Below are positions 41,935 through 49,615 of a DNA stretch of 64,000 nt, piece after piece (positions within the stretch are counted from its first letter, which is position 1; each line of letters begins with the position of its first letter). The position numbers and the translations under genes are program-made. The stretch is from the sequence record NC_048047.1. The stretch is one strand, 5' to 3'. The notes under the pieces are model-generated. The model was not told the DNA's origin, made no database searches, and was given only the letters and a program-made list of their open reading frames with translations.

Positions 41935-43075
41935 ACCCAAGCGCAAGGGCCGCCCGCCCGGTGAGAGCAACCTGAAGCGCCGCGTCGCCGGCAAGCTCTA
42001 CGGCACGCGCGAGTTCAAGAACCTGATGATGGAGACCATCGCCAAAATCCCCAAGGGCGAGCCGACCGTCGCGGGCATCATCAAGCTGTGGGGCGACCCG
42101 GACTGGGACACCCCGCCGGCCAAGCTCGACCTGCGCTCCTGCATCGACCGCTATACCCGCCAGGGCACGCTGGTGCCCATGGAGCGAGGCGTCTACGAGG
42201 TCAGCGAAATCCCACGCCTGACGCCCTCGCATGATTTCCAGCTTCTGGCCGAGCGCGCCATCCGCGCCAACGGCGGCTTCATGAAGGCCAAGGACCTGCG
42301 CCGCGCCCTGGGCTATAGCTCCGAGGACGCCCGCAACACCACCCTGTGGAAGTCCCTGCGCATGGAGGGCTCGAAGGTCCGGCGCGACTGCTTCAAGCTC
42401 TACCTCTACAACCTGCCCGAAGACGATCTGCGCAACCTCGTGCTCCAGGGACGCTGGGCCTTGCCCTACTTCCGGGGCGTCTATCTGGGCATGGCCCCCA
42501 TGCCGGCCGATCCCAGCGCCCGGCCCTGGCGCGCCCTGCTCGATCAGCATCTCTACAGCGTCGGCGCCGCCCTGGCCCAGGCGCGCGAAGCCAATGGCGT
42601 CGACATCGAAGAGGTCCTGTCCTTCCCCGAGATCGTCGCCGCGCTCGATGTCGCCCGCCTGCGCAATCCCGCCCGCCTGTCCAATCGCGATCTGGCCCGG
42701 CAGGTCGAGGAGATGCCCGACAACGTCATCATCGTGGGCCAGCGCGAGACCCGCACCGGCCGGCTCGTCGACATCAAGGTCACCACGCCGCGCGACGAGT
42801 CCGATCCCAAGCACCTCCTGATCCGCGACGTGCGCCTGGATCAACTGGTCCGCCTGGAGAACCCGCCGGCCGATCCGCTGAGCGAGTTCCTCGACTATCA
42901 CGACTATGCCAGCCTCGGCGCGGACTTCTTCGAGGCCTGGGCCAAGGCCTTCAATGTCGATCCGATCGCCCTGTCGTGGGGGCGCCTTGGTCTGCGTCCC
43001 GACAGCGGCTGGCATGTGGGCGCCGGCGATGGGGATGAAAGCGGCTGGGCCGATGACGCCCAGGATGAGGACTAA
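41927..43075 (+). CDS. multi-HTH DNA-binding protein (candidate replication initiator or regulator)
   Basis: RYTRQGTLVPMERGVYEV wing; GGFMKAKDLRRALGYS HTH; VGAALAQAREANGVDIEEV XRE-like helix. Confidence 0.55.
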   Translation: MTEPKRKGRPPGESNLKRRVAGKLYGTREFKNLMMETIAKIPKGEPTVAGIIKLWGDPDWDTPPAKLDLRSCIDRYTRQGTLVPMERGVYEVSEIPRLTPSHDFQLLAERAIRANGGFMKAKDLRRALGYSSEDARNTTLWKSLRMEGSKVRRDCFKLYLYNLPEDDLRNLVLQGRWALPYFRGVYLGMAPMPADPSARPWRALLDQHLYSVGAALAQAREANGVDIEEVLSFPEIVAALDVARLRNPARLSNRDLARQVEEMPDNVIIVGQRETRTGRLVDIKVTTPRDESDPKHLLIRDVRLDQLVRLENPPADPLSEFLDYHDYASLGADFFEAWAKAFNVDPIALSWGRLGLRPDSGWHVGAGDGDESGWADDAQDED

Positions 43076-43204
43076 GGCGCGCCTCACCATCAAAAATCAC
43101 CAAGCCAATTGGTAGGGTGATTTAATGGTATAGATAAAGAACAGGCCTGGAACCCTTGCGCTGCTTGGGTTCTGGGCCTGAGTGCTGCCTGGGCCGCCGC
43201 CCGA

Positions 43205-43427
43205 GGGCACAGGCTTGCCTACTACAGCTAACGCATAATAAGGCTGCTTTAATAGGGTGCATAAAGAATAGCTCCCATGAGGATGCAGGACCTCCCCTGG
43301 AAAAGCTACCGCATAATAAGGCTGCTTATATGCACATCATAAAGAACACCCACAGACAGGGCACATAGGGCTTGCCCATAAAAGCTACTGCATAATAAGG
43401 TAGCTTATATGCATACCATAAAGAACA
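43205..43427. repeat. three degenerate ~45-bp direct repeats, 78-79 bp period, in an AT-rich island
   Basis: AGCTAxxGCATAATAAGG...CATAAAGAA with cores at 43233, 43311 and 43390. Confidence 0.85.
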
Positions 43428-44005
43428 CATGGCTTGCCATGCACATAACCATTCTCCCTCACTATTCTCACCACTAACACTTTTATTATCTATATAAATA
43501 ACCTTATTTTCCATCTATTGGGGTAGTAAAGAAGGAATCTAGTAGATAAGAGAGTAGAAAGGGTTGTGCAGCGTCTGGTTGTATGGTTGCCAGATCGAAT
43601 GGGCGACAGGGAGACACAGATGAGGCCCGCTCCGCGTAGGACGACACTGAAGGGTCGGTTTGAACCTCCATCCGAATGATCACTCTGAGTGCTCTGGACG
43701 GTTCGAGGATAAACCCCGCGACCGGCGAATGGACGACCCCGGAGAAACAATCGCGACTGACGAAGGAGGGCGCAGCCCGAGTGAGGCAGGACGCGTAGCA
43801 AACCTATGGACCTTGAGCTTCCAACCTACGGACCTCCTGGCGTAGCGCCGCTCGAAAATGAGAGGCCCGACCGGCGATCGAGGCGCAGCCGAGGAGACGG
43901 GATGGGAAAGGATTCATGACCCGATGTCGCGTTTCTTGACGTGTGTCACGTGACGTGTCATGAAGGTCCTCGAAGATGGTTAATGCGCCATCCAGGACCC
44001 ACCCG

Positions 44006-44731
44006 ATGTTCACCTCCATCCGCGCCGCTGATCCGCAAGACCCCCGTCCTCAACTGACGGACGATGCGACGCTGTGCGCCTCGGTCGCCACGACCCTGCC
44101 GCTCTATGCGGCCCTGGCCAAGAAGCGCGGCTCCGACCTCACCGACGACCAGATCGGCTTCGCCCTCGAAGTGGCCCTCAAGAAGGCCCGTTACTCGGAG
44201 GGCGACTGGGCCTGGAACGCCGCGCGTCTGATGGAGGACGCCTTCGGTCTGCCGGGCGATGGCAAGCTCCTGGCCCTGGTCGAGACGACCATCGCCCGGC
44301 TGAAGATCGAATGGGAGAGCCTGACCCGCGCCTGGGTCATGCGCACCGGCTATCGCATCCCCGCCGCGCTCGACGAAAAGGTCGAGGCCGTGGTCAATGG
44401 GGCGCCGACGGTGGGCAAGATCGTCGGCGTCTCCCGCGCGCTCGGCGTGGCCTACATGGACAACGAGGCCCACACCGAGACCTACCGCATCGACGGCGAG
44501 GACATCATCGCCAACTACACCCAAGGCCGGTTCGCGCCCGAGACCCCGATCCTGGGCTCGCGCTATGAGAACGCGCCGGCGCTGGCCGCCGCCGCGCAAG
44601 GCACGATGGGCAAGGCCCGCAAGCTGCCGGCCGCCGCGTCTGACGACGCCGCCTCGCGCCAGCAACGCATCGCCGACGCCTACAAGACCGGCAGCTTCGG
44701 CGCTGATCTCGACGGGCCGGGAGCGGCCTGA
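44006..44731 (+). CDS. hypothetical protein
   Basis: strong codon bias; TTGACG at 43936 upstream. Confidence 0.75.
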   Translation: MFTSIRAADPQDPRPQLTDDATLCASVATTLPLYAALAKKRGSDLTDDQIGFALEVALKKARYSEGDWAWNAARLMEDAFGLPGDGKLLALVETTIARLKIEWESLTRAWVMRTGYRIPAALDEKVEAVVNGAPTVGKIVGVSRALGVAYMDNEAHTETYRIDGEDIIANYTQGRFAPETPILGSRYENAPALAAAAQGTMGKARKLPAAASDDAASRQQRIADAYKTGSFGADLDGPGAA

Positions 44732-46919
44732 TGCTCGGGACCGTGCTGATGGTCGTCTACTGCGTCGCGATCGTCGCCCTCTTCGGCGTCCTCCTGGCGC
44801 TGGCCTTCACCCCGTACCCGGCCCACCGTGATTGGTTCCTGGACTGATGATCGACACCGACACCTTCCTGCTGAGCATGGGCTTGATGGCCATCGTCGTC
44901 ATCGGCCTGACCCTACTGATCCGCGCCGCCGACGCCCGCTACGACTATGAGCGAGGTGTCAAGTGATCGGCCTGGGGTTCCTAGCCGCCCTGGCGTTCGG
45001 CGCCTTTTTCATGTGGCTGCTCGGCTTTGATTTCGAGTTCACCGGACCGGACTGCGCCTGATGCTGACCGGCTTCCTCATCACCCTGGGCGTCTTCGCCC
45101 TGATCTGCGTCGGAGCCGTTGCCGCCTTCTGGGTGGGCGTCATGTTCGTCATCTCCACGGCGATGTCGATCCTCACCTCGGGCCGCGCCGGCTACACCGA
45201 CGCCAGCGCCTATACACCCAAGCCCTGGCCCGCCCGGCTGCATCTGGAAACCCTCTGATGGACACCCTTGGCCTCATCCTGCTGCTGATCGTCGGGGTGC
45301 TGATCCTGACCATCGCGCTCGGCTTCTGGGCCACCATCGCCATGGTCAACATCCTGGCCAAGGAGGTGCGCGTCGTCGTCGCCGACCAGCGCCATCTGCC
45401 CAAGGAGGCCTCGTGATCAACGCCCTGCTGATCCTGGCCATCCTCTGCCTGGGGCCGTTCGCCCTGCTGGCGGCGATCCTGCTGTTCTCGGCGCTGTTTT
45501 CCTGGGCCGCCTTCCGCCACGCCGACGTGCAGAAGACCCTGACCGTCAAGGTGGGGCCTTAAGGTGGAAATCCTGGTGCTGATGGGCGCGATCTTCGGCG
45601 TGGCCTTCGTCCTTTTGTTGGGCGCGGCGGCGATCTATCTGGCCCTGCTGCTGGGCGCGCTGATCCTGGGCTTTCTCGCCCTCCTCCTTTCGGGGTTCGC
45701 CATGATGCTCGACGCCATCGTCGACATGGTGCGCGACACCCTCCGCCGGTGAGCATCGTCACGGCCCTGATGGCCGCGTCCCTGATCGCCATCCTCTACC
45801 ACCTCAAGCCGGGGTCTCACCGATGAGCACCTTCCTGCAAGTTACCCTGGTGCTGATCGGCGTCCTCCTGGTCATCGGCCTGTCCTGGGCCATGGGCCAT
45901 TTCGAGGAGTTCATGCGCGGCCAACTGGGCGCGTCGGAGCTTCCGGCCCACGACCTGCCCGACGAGAAAAACGAGAGCGGCGAGCCCGAGTTCGGATCGG
46001 AGCGCCCGTGACCGAGATCATCTTCCCCGCCTGTGTGGCGCTGGGTCTGGTCATCGCGATCTTCCGCCTGATCGACCACTACGACGGGACCTGAAGGTCA
46101 TGAGCCTGCTTCTCGTCGCCGCCTTCATCGTCTGGCTGGCCTATGCCAGCGCCCGCAACCTCAGGGTCTGATCCCATGACTTTCATCGCTCTCGTCCTGG
46201 CCGCCTCGCTGGTCAACACCGGCGCCCAGATCACCAAGGCCCTCGGCGACTACGAAGAAGGCGCCGTGGCCTGGGGCGTGCTGCTGGCGATCCTCCAGGC
46301 GATCGCACTGGTGGTGCTGTTCAACCTCAAGACCGGAGCCGCCTGATGCTCGCCGCCGCCCTGACCATCACCTTGGACCTCGTCGTCCTGACCATCCTCA
46401 CCGCCTACGCGGTGAAGATTTCCCGCAGCGAGCAAAAGCCCGGCTCGATCACCACCGGCACGCTCTACGTGTCGATCCTGGCCTGGGCCGCCTTCTTCTT
46501 CGTCGACTTCCTGGCCATCTACAAGGCGCCCGCATGACCGGCTTCGTCGTCACCCTGCTGATCGCCGCCATCGTCTACCACGTCCTGATCGTGCGCGACG
46601 CCTGCTGCGAGTTCGAAGGCGAAGAGGGCAAGCAGGTCTTCCACGGCGTGACGGCCGGCATCCTGGTCATGCTGGAGATCATGGCCGTGGGCGCGCTGTG
46701 GAGCGGCAAGCTGTGATCGCCTCGATCCTGATCGACCTCCTGGCCATCGCCGCCGGCGTCTATGGCGCGACCACCGGCGCCGTGCAAGCCATGGAATCCT
46801 CGCTCGATCGCGAGCCCGACCTGCTCGTCGCGCTGTGGGTTTTCATCAGCCTGGGCTCGGCCGCCATCGCCAGTCTCGGCGCGATCGACCTGTTCATGAG
46901 GCTGTTGCCCGCGTCATGA
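44731..46919 (+). CDS. array of 15 tiny hydrophobic membrane-protein genes
   Basis: 44731-44847, 44847-44966, 44963-45061, 45061-45258, 45258-45416, 45413-45562, 45564-45752, 45749-45826, 45823-46011, 46008-46094, 46100-46171, 46176-46346, 46346-46537, 46534-46716, 46713-46919; each has 1-2 TM helices; most overlap the previous stop. Confidence 0.75.
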
Positions 46920-47434
46920 CCCGTATCCTGGGCGTGGACCCTGGCGTCAAGGGCGCCCTGGCCCTGCTCGACACCAACAACTGGACCATCGCCATCCGCG
47001 ACATGCCCCTGGAGATAGGCACCAAGGGCAAGGAGAAGGTCTCCGCGCGCGGCCTGCTCGATGCGATCGCCGCCGCCAAGCCCGACGCGTCCTTCCTCGA
47101 AGAGGTCTTCGCCTCGCCGCAGATGGGCGTGACCTCGGCCTTCTCGTTCGGGGACGGCTTTGGCTGCACCCGCACCGCGATCCTGGCCTATGGCTGCGTT
47201 CTGTGGCCGATCCGCCCCCAGGTGTGGAAGGCGGCCATGAAGGTCCCCAAGGACAAGAAGCAGGCCACCACCCGCGCCAGCCAGCTAATCCCCGCCGCCC
47301 ACAGCCTGTTCTTTGGCCCGCGCGGCGGCGCCTTCGATGGCCGGGCCGAGGCGGCCTTGCTCGCCCTCTACGGCTGCTTCCACCTCAAATCCACGCCACC
47401 CAGACCCCTCAAGGTCGTCGAGTTCCCTGAGTAG
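46916..47434 (+). CDS. ruvC: RuvC-like Holliday junction resolvase
   Basis: ILGVDPGVKGALA, FLEEV, SAFSFGDGFG, PQVWK, DGRAEAALLA. Confidence 0.85.
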   Translation: MTRILGVDPGVKGALALLDTNNWTIAIRDMPLEIGTKGKEKVSARGLLDAIAAAKPDASFLEEVFASPQMGVTSAFSFGDGFGCTRTAILAYGCVLWPIRPQVWKAAMKVPKDKKQATTRASQLIPAAHSLFFGPRGGAFDGRAEAALLALYGCFHLKSTPPRPLKVVEFPE

Positions 47435-47442
47435 CACCCAGT

Positions 47443-48499
47443 ATGACCTTTTTCACCGTCCAGCCCTACCGGGTCCGTCAGCGCAAGACGCGGCTGAAGA
47501 TCACCAGCGCGCTCGACCGCGTCGACCTGATGCCGCGCCCGACCGCCACCGTCCACCCGTTCGCGCCCAAGAAAAAGCGCGCCCGCCTGACGGGGCCATA
47601 CCAGCCGGTGGCTGGCCATACTCAGCCATACCGCGTCATCGGCGGGGTCCACCCGGTCTATGACGAGTGCTTCGCCACCGCCGACCACGTCTACGAGGAG
47701 CCGCGTGGTCCGCAGATCGTCCCGACCGGCATCCTCGACGAACGCGGCGTCATGCTCTGCCGCGTCACCATGCCGATCAAGCAGCAATTGGGCATCAACA
47801 CCGGCGGCAACGCCTGGACGGGTGAGTTCGAGGACGAGGTCGAGGCCCTGATGCCGGCCGACATGCTGCGCATCTCCACCGGCGGTGGCGGGGTCAGCGA
47901 GATCGACGCCTCGGAATTCGACGAAGACTTCGAAGACGAGGACGAGGACTGATGGCCTATTTCAACGACCGCGACTGGCAGATGGCTGGCCTGATGCTGG
48001 CCCTGGGCATGGTCACCCTGTTCGCCATCATCGGCGCGCTAATCGCCGCCGGCCTCGCCCTGCCGTTCATGCTCTGGTGGCACGACTTCTCGGTGCTGCC
48101 GACCTTCCTGGCCGTGGGCGCGGGGGCCGGCGTGGTCTTCACCGGCGTGGCCCTGCGCCCCTGGGATATGCTGGCATGACCCGCGCCACCGACGAGATGC
48201 TGAAGCTGGCGGCCGAGATCGAGGAGGCCGAGGCGCGCCTGTCGGCCGCCACCGATTACTGGGCCGATCGCCAGAAGGACTATCTCAACGCCACCGAGGA
48301 GACCGACGACGCCAAGGTCCTGGCCGACATCCAGTTGAAGGCCCTGGTCGCCTATGAGCAGGTCGTCGACGCCATCGCCTTCAGGGGCGTCATGACCGTC
48401 CAGCTTCGCCGGCTCCAGAAGGCGCGCAGCGACCAGATCACCCGCCGAGGCCAAGCCCGCAAGCGCATGGGCGGCGCCGACGATCGCGAGGCCGCATAA
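47443..48499 (+). CDS. hypothetical (47443-47952, acidic tail), membrane protein (47952-48179), coiled-coil protein (48176-48499)
   Basis: coupled ORFs. Confidence 0.7.
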
Positions 48500-49222
48500 A
48501 TGCCGGTGCTCGCCAACGCCAAGCAGGAGCTTTACTGCAAGCACCGCGCCAACGGCTTTGTCCCCAAGAAGGCCGCCCAGGCCGCAGGCTACGCCACCGG
48601 CAGCGCCGTCTACCAGGGCCTGGAGGAAGACGCCGACGTCGTCGCCCGCATCCATGAACTGATCGACGAGCGCAATGAGGCCAAGGCCGCGCGCATGGCC
48701 GCCGCCCAGGCCAAGGCCCTGGCCGAAGGACACACCGTCGGCACCATGACCGGCGTCTCCCACGCCTGGGTCATCGAGCAGTTGAAGATGAACGCCGAGG
48801 ACGCGCGCGAGAGCGGCGACTTCAAGGAAAGCAACGCCTCCCTGAAGCTGATCGGCGAAGCCCTAGGCATGTGGGGCGGCGGGCTCGCCGGCAAGGACGG
48901 CGCAGGACCGGGCCTGCTCAACGGTTCGGGCGATGGCCCGATGCTGATCGACCTGGACTCGATCGACAAGCTGATCGGCGTCACCGACCAGTTTCACCAG
49001 ATCGCCCTGGCTCCGCCCGGCGAACTGTCCGTCGAGGACCGCGACATCGCCATGAACCTGATCGCCGGCCAAGGCTCCAAGAATCTGGCGGGCGATCGCC
49101 AGCTTTCCACCGGCAGTGAGACCGACGTGGCTCTGCAACTGCTCGACGCCCTCGACGATGGCGAGAGCGAAATCCCGGCGCGCGAGATCATCCCGCCGCC
49201 GCCTTACCAAGACGAGGACTAA
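48500..49222 (+). CDS. terS: terminase small subunit
   Basis: N-terminal KQELYCKHRANG...KAAQAAGYA HTH typical of TerS; upstream of TerL. Confidence 0.7.
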   Translation: MPVLANAKQELYCKHRANGFVPKKAAQAAGYATGSAVYQGLEEDADVVARIHELIDERNEAKAARMAAAQAKALAEGHTVGTMTGVSHAWVIEQLKMNAEDARESGDFKESNASLKLIGEALGMWGGGLAGKDGAGPGLLNGSGDGPMLIDLDSIDKLIGVTDQFHQIALAPPGELSVEDRDIAMNLIAGQGSKNLAGDRQLSTGSETDVALQLLDALDDGESEIPAREIIPPPPYQDED

Positions 49223-49615
49223 GACCCATGGGCCAGCCCAACTTCGCTCCCAACTCGCCGCTGGTCGGCTTCAAGAAGTTCCTGCTCGGCGGCACCGCCG
49301 TCTACCGCGTCGCCATGCAGGAGACCACCGTCAAGTCGGCCTATGGTCCGATCCAGGCCTGGGGCGTGCTGGGCTGATGCGCGCGCGCCTCGCCCTGCTG
49401 CTGGCCGGCGTCACCGGCGCCCTGGTCCTGTCGCTCACCCGTCCGGTCAGCGCCAGGACCAAGCTGATCTCCCTGGCGGCGCGTCCGCCGTGGGTGGGCA
49501 GAAAGCTCTCCGTTCCCGTCTAAGCCGACCCCTCAAGGCCCGCCCGATCAACGAGGCGGGCCAATCCCATTTTCGATGACGAGTAGCCCTTTTCCAACCT
49601 GGACTGCTCAATCCT

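Noticed and set aside
43226-43427. Possible mini-CRISPR array (three ~45-bp repeats with ~32-bp spacers)
   Set aside because: Repeats are degenerate and longer than typical. The second spacer resembles the sequence upstream of the first repeat (GGGCAC...GGCTTGCC), which indicates tandem duplication. No cas genes are in the window.
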